A stretch of 64,000 nucleotides of DNA. Origin: Balanoglossus misakiensis (lineage: Eukaryota; Animalia; Hemichordata). The position numbers and the translations under genes are program-made. The notes under the pieces were generated by a model. It saw only the letters and a list, made by a program, of their open reading frames with translations. It did not search any database and was not told the origin of the DNA. The number at the start of each line of letters is the position of its first letter. Position 1 is the stretch's first letter. This document shows positions 43,351 through 55,400 of this stretch, one piece after another. The stretch is from NCBI GenBank assembly GCA_040954595.2, contig CM082595.2, positions 1,139,690-1,203,689 on the forward strand, given 5' to 3'.

Positions 43351-46300
43351 GGATTATTTCTCTAAAAAGGGAAATTTTGAATCTCAAATCACACAAAATA
43401 AGGTATATTAGATAAAAAGTAGTGTAACGTTGCGTTATCATTCGTAAAGACAGAGAAACGGGTCAATACGCAGAGAGTTGCATGTGACATAGTTTCTTCG
43501 TGTTCGCGAATCCTCATATTATTTATAAAGTCATCTGGGAATTTTCATCTTCAGGTGTTGAAGGGCAAACCTTGTGATCCATATTTATGTTTAAATTGAA
43601 ATGCAGGAGCGGGATTCAAATGGTTCTTTCAATTCAGCGAAAATGCAGATCGTCATAGGATCGAAAAGAAACTTGCGATACCGGAGAATTACTCGTTTAC
43701 AACACGCCCATCTTACGTTTTAGCATTTGACCGTAGATCTGAAAGCCGTACGACAAGCGATTGTTTGTTTCGACAAAATTACGTAATCGAGTGAATGCGA
43801 GATGATTCGGATGAGACCATCGCGTGTTATATACCCTGAAAATGTGCAAGAGAAACCACTGCATGTTCGTTTGTCCAAAACGAAGCCATAGAAAAACCTC
43901 TGCGCAAATCTGTTAACAAATGCGCAATGGTAAACTAGGAGATCAGTGTAGGATATTAATTTATGGGTGTGTACGTGTGAGTCTACCACACGTGTGTATC
44001 TGTGTGTCACTGAAAGTGCGGTTCATATGCTACGTCACCAGAAACAGTGTGGTTAGCTTGCGGTTGTCATGGATTTTCTCGTCTATGGTTGCTTGTCAAC
44101 ATCGCGAGGATAGAATCATTAAGGTATTAGCTTAGACTTACACAATACAGAGAACATCCACAATCGGCGACTAAGCTTACTACATACACATCTTGTGATA
44201 AATATAAAATCCCGTTTACTACGATTTAAAAAAATGCTTGCATGACTGGCTATACCCGAGCACATACGTAACTTGTTAAAATGCGAACCCCGACGTTCCA
44301 CAGAATTAAAATCGCGTCCTTCACCTAAACTTTAAAATCCCCAAATATCACGCACTTCATCGTTATACCATGTCGCGTGTTTGTGTTTATCATTTTCATT
44401 CATGGCAACAAGTGTTGGGTTACTTCATAAGGTGACCGATGCTTTCGCTAATACCTCGATCACGACTGCATTACAAAAAAGCAGCACCGATACATGTAGA
44501 CGTACATACAACATACAGATATTATTGGAACTCTGTTATTTTTTGACTGTAGAGATCCGACACAGGTGTAAGCTTATGTTTGACCTCATTCAATCTACTG
44601 CCACTGATAGGAGTGCCGACTGAACTGTTTAGTCAGCGGACTGCAGTAAAGTGAAGGTCGGAGTTGAAACGGGCGTTGACATCAGCTAGCCAATAAAAGG
44701 TTCAGCGCATGTCTGATCGAGCAGTCCGCGGCATTGTATGCTGTGATTCGACTGGCTTGAGTCTGCGGTATTCTTTCGAAGAGATTTCATTCCTTTGAAG
44801 GGTAGTATGAGGGCCGAATTTCTCCGGAATTATACCCGCTGTTTCTGGGGGACTGTGCGCGCATCCTCACATATATCCAGATGATTAAAAACAGCTGAGT
44901 TAACTCATCCGAAAGCCACGTTTATCGTCTGGATATCGCTTGTCTAGTTGTTTTTGATGAGGGTGAATCTGACTGCGAAAGATCGCACGTAAAATGCGTA
45001 ACACGTCGTCACAAATTATCAATTAATATGTATGTAACTCTTTGTCTATTAAAGACTATCCTAGAGGTCGCTCACTTTTGATATTGTGTTGACTGTTTTA
45101 TTTTCGTAACTATTTCGTAACTGACTACAAATTTGACATAAAAATGTCACATTTGTCTAATTCGTAAAATGCGCATAGTGTAATGCATCATGTTAACTTT
45201 CATTATTTACCGTTTACTTTCAGAAATTTGGTAACTTCCTCCCGTGGTTCCGGAAGGTTATGAAACATTCAAGTTCCCAAAATGATACTTTTCCTGATTG
45301 GAGTTTCGGCCAAGACCAACATGAGCAAAATTCACCAGACACCTTGGCCTAAAGGGGAACATAGACACAGGTAGGCCTATTGCGTTGTCATACACTTTAC
45401 ATAGCTTTGTGTGTTTATGTAGAATTTCGAGGAACATCGACCATCTCTCCAAACACCAAGTCTATATCGAGACCGACGTTTCCAAGCCGTGAGAATCGGA
45501 CGATATAGTGTATTTTTTTCCTCGCTAATCCATGAGCACGCCATCAACGCCGTACATTCAGCTTAGTATTTCGCTGCATTTTGACAAGTCAGAGACGTGG
45601 TTCTGACCGCGACAGTACAGAAAACAACTCGTGTACGTGGGCACCTGACAACGCCCCCAAAGGGGGGGGGGGATGTGCAGCACCTATGAAAACCTTACCT
45701 CATTGACAAAAACTCACCAATGAAAACCAACCATACGAGATCATCTCTCACCAAGCAGACAAAAATGGACGTAACTTAGTTCTTTAAATACATGTACATG
45801 CGTCACTCATACCAAAAACAACCCCCATAGGCCATTGATGAAATACTATAGAATTGTGAAATATCATATTTGAAGTTGCTTTATTCTGTTATATATATAG
45901 TTATGACGTCATAAATACATCATAAATACACTGGTGTTTCGGTTTGTGGTCTCAATTGGCCGTCAATGACATCGGAAGACTGGCTGCAAAGAATCTGTGA
46001 GAAAACACTCTTAACCGAAGTATTATATTTCAAATAAATTGACATGCCTAATATTGCAAAAACATGAGTATTTCAAAACATCAAACATAACAATTTTTTT
46101 AACTTGAGTTGTGATAATTATTTGTGTTAGCAAACCAGAACAAAAAAAATGATTCGATATAGCATATGGACTCAATGGATATAGTAAATTCCTGATGGTT
46201 TGAATGTTGCGGAAGATGGGAGTTTAGACCCGGTCTCTCATCATCACTCATTTGATTTTGGCTCATATTGCATCTTTATCATTTGATTTAACGATGATTG

Positions 46301-46763
46301 AGAATCCGAATATTAAGCGTAAACAAAACAAAACAAAACAAAGCTTAAAATTCTTATGAGGAATAAACTTGACCTTGAATTAGTGCCAAATGTGGCGCCT
46401 TGTCATATTTCGATGACTTCTGAATGTTTACGACTTCACACGTTGAGGGCGCACAAGGAGTTCGTTGCATAGGCCCTGTGATAAGTCATTTTCAAGTCGG
46501 ATGTAAATGTGTTTATTAACAAAACTAAAACACGAGGATATATCATGCAAACACAAAACGTAATGTTGCCATCGCGGAAGTAAATGACCACAAGTACTCG
46601 GCTTAATTGACAGCATTGTTCAAGCAATATTTGATATTTTGCTCTCAGTTTCGCATTCCCATATGTGTGGTATCCGAATGAGCAGGGTTTAAAATCGTGA
46701 AAAAACTCACTCTCCCTCTCTCTCCCCTCTTTCTTAATGTCTCTTTCCACGTCTGTTCAGTCT

Positions 46764-48086
46764 TCAAGGTAGATGAGGTAAACCATATGACTCCTTCTTG
46801 TGTCGAATTCTATGTTCTTTGAGTTCCTTCAACAAAGACGCCTCAACTTTGATGGGAGGTAAAATCAAGCCCCCGTCTTCCCTCTTCCTTCTTCTGACAA
46901 CTTTACTGGTGTCGTCACTGTTAGTTGTAGTCGATGCTGTTTCACTGTGCTCAGAAACTCGCGAAGACTTTTTGTGGTGTCTTTCCACTGGCCCCCCGTT
47001 TGCGAGTTTGTTGAGAGAGACGATAGAATTGCTGAGTTTTCTTTCCACGTTCAGTCTGGATTGTTCTTTGTAAAAATTCATCCGTTGTTCCGTGTGTCTT
47101 TTTCTCTTCAACAGGGATCCGCTGAGGGGGCTTCTCCTCCTCACGAACTTCTTGGGTTTGTTGAGGTGCATGTCAGCAAAGAGGGTCTCCCTGAGAGGGG
47201 GAGGGGGTTTGGCTGCTTCTTCTTTTCTCTTCCTCTCTATTTCCTCCTCCTCCAATCTCTTCAGTTCAGCCTCTTTTTCCTCTCTCTCTTTCTCCAACAT
47301 CCGCTGATAAACAGGATTCGACGCTAACATTGCAGTCACTGGAATATTGCTATTCGCGTTTAACGTTGCCACGGAAACGTTCCTCTTTTCATCCAGCGGA
47401 GGCAGCGGGCTCTTCTCCTCAACCTTGTCTTCCTTCGTTTCCGCTTCCTTATCCGTTTCAACCTTTTCTTCATTTTGCTTCGCATCGTCTTGTGGCGGAG
47501 CTTGTTCAGACACCGCGTCTTCTTTTGGTTCATCTGGTTTCTCCTCCTCCGCGAGCAACACGTTTCCTTTATAGAGTGGACGCAGTTTCCCCGAATTCCT
47601 TTTCTTGTTCTTCGCCATTGTCGCGTCTACAAGCTTCAGTCGTGTGTTCAAATCTTTGGCCAGCGAGAACGCATTTGGGCCAGCCAACTCTTCCTTCATT
47701 TTTTCCAATCTGTGTTGTTTCTTTTTCAATCTTTCATATTCCGCACGAAACACCGGCATGTTTGTGCCTTCCTTGAGAGATTGTTCAAATTCGGTGACAC
47801 TTCTCTCAATCTTTTTCTTCTCCTTATGCATATCAATTAAATCTATTTTCATATAGTCTCTGTACTTATAGAACCCACTGTACGTTGCATACTCAGTACT
47901 CTCGATCTGCTTCGTACGCATCCGCAAGTGAGCCTTTGCTTGCTTGTTGAGAAAATCGGCCCTGTGGCGAATCTGCCGACTCAAGTTATTGACATGTTCT
48001 AACTTCTCCATGGCTGTCTGATAGCCACGTGACTTTCGAGATAACAGTGTAGGCATCTCTGAAGATGTTTGAACCGCCGCCGTCAT
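46764..48086 (-). CDS. Uncharacterised coiled-coil, Glu/Lys/Arg-rich protein, 440 aa, single coding exon
   Basis: 1323-bp ORF. The ATG is preceded by an in-frame TAA and by a splice acceptor (ctcctcacag|) near 48101. Charged helical stretches. No family recognised. Confidence 0.85.
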   Translation of the reverse strand: MTAAVQTSSEMPTLLSRKSRGYQTAMEKLEHVNNLSRQIRHRADFLNKQAKAHLRMRTKQIESTEYATYSGFYKYRDYMKIDLIDMHKEKKKIERSVTEFEQSLKEGTNMPVFRAEYERLKKKQHRLEKMKEELAGPNAFSLAKDLNTRLKLVDATMAKNKKRNSGKLRPLYKGNVLLAEEEKPDEPKEDAVSEQAPPQDDAKQNEEKVETDKEAETKEDKVEEKSPLPPLDEKRNVSVATLNANSNIPVTAMLASNPVYQRMLEKEREEKEAELKRLEEEEIERKRKEEAAKPPPPLRETLFADMHLNKPKKFVRRRSPLSGSLLKRKRHTEQRMNFYKEQSRLNVERKLSNSIVSLNKLANGGPVERHHKKSSRVSEHSETASTTTNSDDTSKVVRRRKREDGGLILPPIKVEASLLKELKEHRIRHKKESYGLPHLP

Positions 48087-48994
48087 TTAGTCAGTTGTAT
48101 CTGTGAGGAGAAAGCAAATGAGGAATCATTAGATCACTTATATACATTTTCTCCATCACTGTGTCTAAATGAAACTGAGCAGGTTCTGCAATAAGTTATT
48201 AACGTCTTTCATTGAGTCAGTACATCAGTGATTGGCGTACTCTACGAAATAAATGTTATCAATAACTTTTACTGACTGAAGTAAAACAGTTTTAAATTCT
48301 CGTACGGGAACTGGCCACGAATTGTACTGTACTGACGCATTCCAGTGACTCGCGTTGTAGACCAACTTGAAGCGGACGGAATGCGTTCAAATGTTACCCT
48401 AAACATAAACAGGCCAACTCGATCTCAAAATATATCCGCAAAACAACCCACTCAAAGATGAAACACGTGACCAAGATATCGACCTTTGATTTTATCACCT
48501 TGGTACCCTGTATGCGTGTCGCTTTGTCCATTTTTAAAATATTTCTTTTTACGTCACAATACAATTCTTGTTGGCAATGATATTCATTTCACTGGTAACC
48601 CAGTCTGAATCTTCGTCATGTATGAAACGTAAACATATTAAACCATACTGATCGCGTATTCTTCCAAATCACGATCATTCTTTAGTCACCAAACTGTTTG
48701 ATTTCAACACCAAAACGATTCTTTTGAAGTATAAATATCTCTATAGGTTGAGGAAAAAAACTGATATGGCTGACACAAAGAGGGTGTAAGTGAATATAAA
48801 GCAGGGATTTCCAATGGTTGTAAACCGCGAATCGAATGTACATGTTGTTACTTGTTTTTCTAAACCCACATATATAGAGGGGGTATATACCCTAGATGAC
48901 TTGACCATTCAGTGCAAATCACGAGTGACTATAAAAAGAAAGGGTGGAAACAGAGCTGTGTTTCCGATCGATAAATTGGTAACCCAAACAAATT

Positions 48995-49408
48995 TCTGAC
49001 GAGAATGAAGTCCTTGACATCTGAATATTTATGGCAGCGAGGAGTAGTTGCTTTTTTGTCTGTTTCAGATAACTTGTATCTGTTCAGATTGACTGGTATT
49101 TTCGACGACGATTTTGGCAAATTTGAGAAGTATGAAGTAGAATTTTCGCAAAATTCTTTAAATCTTACTTCTTGGCATTCTGCCAAGGTGCATTAAAGTG
49201 TGTCGAAAAACACCTTAAAGTAGGACCCGTATGTAAACAATGGCAGGTTTTAGACTTGGGCAAAAATACACTGAATTTGGAAACAGTATCTTCATCAACA
49301 CTCGCCAATATTGGACATCTGAGACGTCTGGAATTCATGGCTCAGAGACACCAGCATTGTTCCATAAATCCCATCACACTTGAGTATACAGTACTGGGTT
49401 GGTTGTGA
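48995..49408 (+). pseudogene. Possible decayed leucine-rich-repeat gene fragment
   Basis: Adjacent frames read VAFLSVSDN...LTGIFDDDFGKFEKYEVEFSQNSL and WQVLDLGKNTLNLETVSSSTLANIGHLRRLEF, matching LxxLxLxxNxL-type spacing across a frameshift. Confidence 0.35.
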
Positions 49409-52400
49409 GGAACGTACACTCACCTATCGTAATACATAGATGATCGAGAACAACAAGTGACATAACTGATACATCACAGTTATACTGTAGCTGATGTGCA
49501 ATGAAAGATACGCATTTTTATCTAGGAAAAACCCCATAGTGAATCTATACATTCATGTCACGTCAATGTTCATCACTAAACGCCATGGCAACTGAAACAA
49601 CGTATTTTTCTAGAACCAAAACACTTCCGGGGATGTTTCCTTATTCAGAGCATGAGATTGTCCCTGTTGCCGTTTTTTCATAATCAATCCACTTTCAATT
49701 GTCGCCACATGGCAATTTTCTAGGCAAGTTAGATGTTCGGTCTGCTTAACGAGGCTTGGTACAGGAAACTGCGTCAAAGCAAATCTTGGTGTCTCACAAA
49801 TCTTGTAGTTCCACTTTACTAGTTTATTTTATTGTTCTTGGTGAACCTTCTTCGTATACGCGTGCGTTTTTCTGTCATAAATCTTTTTTTTTAAAGTCAG
49901 CAAATGACAGATTTGAATACGGAACATTGCTTCTGTATTGAACAAATATATTTATTACGTCTGTATTTACTATGGATATTATGACGTATAGGTTTCGTTT
50001 GTAATACAACAATACGTCCCATTCCATCGATCGTAAAAAAACGTAACTAAGGCAACAAATATTAAGCAAAAACATCTGAATTGACGACAAAGTAAAAATA
50101 AATACTTGCTAACAGACTAAAACCAAACGAGGTATTGACTATTTGCAGCAAAACTGTTGGTTCGATTCCAACTTGGCTTTGACACGAAAAACTTGAAGTG
50201 TATGCATTAAACAGTTATTGATTAGAAGTAATCTTTGAACTATTCAGTTATTTGACCTATTTTTTTCTACATATCAACGCCTACGATAGATTTTAGCGCA
50301 ATGCCACAGCGCTGGTGACCGACAGCCAACTTCAGCAGGTTTGTAAGAAAAAAAAACAATCTCATGTTGCACAAGTCGACGAACGGCTGTCGCAGTAAAG
50401 TTGTACAGAAATTACTCAACTTGGAAATGAAGTACAGAGATTACAGAATTATGTCATGATTTAGATAATCAAGCTATTGGCACACAAGGAGCTAAGCATT
50501 TCAAAGTACAACACTCATAGATTTAGTGTGTTTGGAAGGACATGTATTGGGATAGAATTGACTCAACACACCAGGCAGTAATTGTCGCTTATTGGAAAAC
50601 TGTGCACATTTTCACATTCAGACCTGATCGCATTTAAAGACACAGAATGACGAGCGTTCAACTGAGGCACAACACGTCATGGACAATCATTAAAATAAAC
50701 TCACCCGCAATGCGAACGCAGAGACAGCCCGCCATCTCAATGAATACACGTTGTCACAACTCTGGTATAGGCTAAACTACAAACCCTGCCTAGGTCTACA
50801 GTGAAATATTTCTGTTGTGCTGTCTTCAGCGCGGGGGTCAACTCTGGCCCTAAGGCTCAGACAAATAAACCCGAATCATATAAATCACAGCTCACTGGTG
50901 GCAAATAGACCCCCACAAGTGCGATAAAGGAGAAATAAAGAGCGCAGAGTGTATTAATGATAGCTGACATACATGGCGCATGGCGATAAGTTGACGAAAT
51001 ACCATCTTAAACACCCCCTGCATTGAAGGCTTTGTCTAGCCAGTCTTATCCTAATGATCCTACGGGGAAACCTATTGCATACATTTCTATGTGGAGGTAA
51101 TTTTTTTACAAAACAGTTTGGGGCATATTTACGACATTGTTTCGTTGTAGGGTTTCACAGTTACATGTGACGTGTTGCGTCCTTAGGAAACAAGATCTTG
51201 ACAGAAATATGTTAGTTTTGTTGGCCGACAACACTGCTTTGATACCAGCGGTTTCTAGTTTTATCCGGAGTTTTAGTCAACATTCATGTTAGTCATCACT
51301 CCAGTATAGGGCAACTGTCTGGACCAACTAGACAGGTCAAGTTAATCTGCATATTGTACATGAAGCATCTGTCGTGTTTCATTGACTGCACCAATCAGAT
51401 TCGAGGTTATAGTTGAGACAAAATGGGTCATTAGACTCTTCTCGCACGAGGAAAGCTTCGCCAAAAGCGGAAATTAAAATGCGTCTCTTCCATGTCTTGT
51501 AATCCCCATGAATTTTCTGATCAAATTTCCGTGCGAGTATGTTGTACAGCAACTAGAGACATTATTCTCTCACGCTGTGTGGCAACAATTCTCCTGGTGA
51601 TCCACTGTAAGTACACAACCCATTCTATTTTCCAAATTCCTTTTAGCAGCTCTCAATTATCGTCACAGTTGTCAGAATGTTTTCCAACCATCTCCTGACA
51701 CGACACAATCCCATGAGATTAGCATGGCTGTGGGAAAGTTCATCGTCAAATTGACTTTTGTAGACCACAACAGTTTGTGGACAGCGGTTGACAAATAATC
51801 CGTTAATTGCTGAATTGTGTTGGAAGGACTCGTCACAAATAAAGAGCAAAGCCTGCTGAGATGACCATGCAGCGTTTTGACAGTTTGTGGTCACATCGTT
51901 TCAATGACCACCAATTTCAAGACACAATGACTACAAAATGACCAACAATCATTACAGTACTGTAGGAACATGAACTTGGACTATGAGTTACGTCAGATTA
52001 CATATCGCGACTTTTAACGAAATCTATTTAGATTAATTTTTGTTCGGACACAGAGAGACATTGTGTGTCTATTGTGGGAAGTGCGACTTCATCAATAACT
52101 CGGAAGTGTTGATAAGGAAACCATTAAATTCAATAAATTAATCTGTCTGTCTGTTCAACATCTGTTTATCGCAATTGCTATGAAGTACGTTATCCGTTCA
52201 ATAACATCATTATATTCGATTTTACACACGACGTGTGATCGTCATAACATTCTGTTTCCATGGTAATGTGGATCGCGTCCGAAATGTGTTCATTTTCGCG
52301 ACGTATTCATCGGTATGCTTGTCTTGAATGATCGACTAAGTCTAAAGAATCGCCATTCTTATCTATATAGGACATCTATTGAGAATTTTGGGTCTCGCAG

Positions 52401-55400
52401 CTGGAATCATATCTACGAATGAATGCCAGCAGATATCTAAGTCACACCCATAACACCACAATGCATGGTCGGTCGTCAGTAAGACAAATTACAAACTCAC
52501 CGGTCGCTTGACAGGCGCCTGTTCTCGTAAAACCAGAGATTTGTCGCGTCGTTGATGAAAAATCAACGTACTGAGTTGCTAATAATTTTTGCTCTGTCCT
52601 CTGTTTTAGGTGCTCTTGGATTTTGATATAACGTGGTGTCTTCTCGCATAATATGAAAAGAGCAGTCAGGAGAATTGGTGGAATGCGTAGATACAGCAAC
52701 ACTCACTGTCCAGAACTTGACACGCAAATTGAATTCACTCAGGACTCATTACGACACGTGACTTGTCTGCGGGCAAGTCAACAACATCGATCGAAGCCGT
52801 TGCCATGACGTCAATCGTGTAAGGTAGGATGCCATTTAAACATAAGTCATTGCCTTCTCGACATGCTCAGTGCATTTGAGAATTTAGTAAACGAGCTAAC
52901 AGAGACATTCATCCACACACAGTAATGGGACAACTTGGAGGTTTTCCATCAAATGAAAAACGATCTAGACGAGGAATGCAAGATCACATGACCAGGGAGT
53001 CAGTTGTTATTACTTAAGGTCTAATTAAATTATAAATAAAATATGAAAACATCTAAATACAATATGAGTGAATATGACACCAAGGCTACACAGCGACTTC
53101 ATTTTTGTTACGTATTTACTAGGCCTATTTATAATTTATTGCCTTATTTACCAAAATGGCATTTATTTCCAACATTGTTGCTATGGTAATCTAAGAATAG
53201 TTGATATTCATAATCATTTTCAAGTTATGATCCTTGACACTTCTTGACATTAGGTTTCTTTTCAAAAACGTTAATATAATTAGAAATTCACTCGCATAAT
53301 CATAGATATCATAGCTGCCAGCAACTACCATTACAATATTCACAGATACTATGCTAGTCAACTCTATTTAACAAAAGACAATTAACCGCAGCATTTCCGA
53401 TGTTTCACCAACGTTCGATAAAGTAACGATTAAACCACCAATTGTCCACAAAATTGCAGGATGTCACGCTATGTAACCATGGAAACCATTGTATCCGAAT
53501 TACACGTTGTTTTAGTACAACCGGCTTCAAAATCGAAATCTATATTTAATCAAACTAAAGAAGAGCACTGGTTCTGATCGAAAGGCAAACAAATTTAAAT
53601 TCTCGAGTTTCTCAGTATGTACAGGAAAATTCGTACGCTCCCTTGTCAACGCGAAAATTAAATTTAGCTAAGAGCTCAAGGAGGAATACTGTGACGTCAC
53701 GGTTTGAGAATGTTACAGAACATAAGTGTCCACCTTCAGCTCTACACTTCACTTCATTCCACCGTCAATGTGTTGTTCATAGTATTTGCTGTTCCATTAT
53801 CGCGCAAAACTGTGCGTATACAAATACCACAAAAGTGGTCGTTTCCGAATCGGTGTGTGCAAATAATACATTCACTCAGTGACTTTTACTGTGTAGGCTA
53901 ACTGCCTGGCGAGCAGCAATTGTAATTTTATTTTAAACACACTGCATTTGGTAGAGTGACTCCATATTGAATAAAAGATCCGCACTCCGTGAAACATTTA
54001 CCTTACAATGGAATCATGGATCCGTAATTATTTCGTGAAGAGTCGGACGTGACATGTTATAAAGTATACCAATTCACATCCGCGTCGCGTTACAGAAAAA
54101 GAAACCCTCTGTAAACAAATTTCTCGAAAGCTCAATTTTCCAAACGAACTATTATCCATCATCTATTCCTGGAATGGGTAAAGTAAAGAGTATCATCTGA
54201 TCTGATTAGTGCCATTGTTTGGATATGAGATATGAACCTCTTTTCCACATCAGGAGGCGGATTAACTCCTTCACTTCTAATCTAATCCGTTTTAATTCTT
54301 CAGCCCAGATTCCACTACCGTTGTAAAGACGCTGTAGCCTAAATGCACTGTGAAAGCCATGTAAACTTAGTTTTATTCAGCTCCCGTGTTCAGACATTAA
54401 TATTATAGTACCATCTGTCTGTAGGTTTGTCTTCATATCCGTGAGTCGGTGTGCGCGCATCTGTCTGTCTGTCTGTCTGTCTATTGACAGTTTATGTGAA
54501 GATCAGCTGATAAGATTTAAGTCAGATACGATGGATTTATTCTGTTTTATAATACAAAGAACTGATTAGTTATTCGAAGTTAGCATTGCCTGAACAAATA
54601 TCTGATTTTGTAATCAGTTTCATTGTGTTTGCATCAGATTTTATGAATCCTCCTTAAGATACCAGTCATTACATGATATGACAATATAAAAAACATGACG
54701 GTGAACTGATATTTTTTGCACTTTGGACATTACGTCAAGAATTACTGCATCCTATGTGATGAACCTCGTTAGAACACATTTTTGTCAATTTTTTGCTATT
54801 TAATTAACTCTTACAATTAGGGATATTTATGCAGAATCGCTTCTCCATAAACAGATATGATGAAACTGAGAGAACATGACAAGGAGTGTTGCTAAAATAG
54901 TTTACAAGTTAGTCGCCATGGACACTGACAACTTGTCAGCGTGTGAAGTTGTGAGATCAAGCTTACCTCCATCATGATGTTGTTAAAAAAATTTGAAGCA
55001 TTTTCGCTGCTAATCCGCGCCATGATATTCCCACATCAACAAAATGTTTGCAGTGTCAATGTCCGACGGTCTGTGAAAACCTTGCACCAAGTAAAGTAAC
55101 AATGTTTAGTCTACGCACACTTTGGCGTTTATATTCACTAAGTGCATCATGGGATATCACATGCGCAGTGGTATAAGCAACTTCTGCTGATTACGCACAT
55201 ATCTGCGCATTTTCGTAAAACCTTGCGCTTAAAGAAACTAAATCAAATTGATGAGAATTCTTATCAGAAGACGCCCATACAATAGTTAAACAATGTCTTT
55301 GTCGGTGTTTCGAAATTTCAATTAAAAGCAAGCAAACGACATGTAAGATAGTGTCGGGTTATTAGATAGTCGTTCAGTCCTGATGATTGTTAATATCGGC

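Noticed and set aside
44636-44729. C/D-box snoRNA (terminal stem plus CTGA)
   Set aside because: The candidate C box GTGAAGG lacks the RTGATGA consensus and there is no evident host intron.
46798-47856. Overlapping + strand ORFs
   Set aside because: Antisense shadows of the 440-aa coiled-coil ORF.
50100-50180. Perfect B-box-like GGTTCGATTCCC as a tRNA gene
   Set aside because: No A-box, acceptor stem or cloverleaf upstream; at most a SINE remnant.
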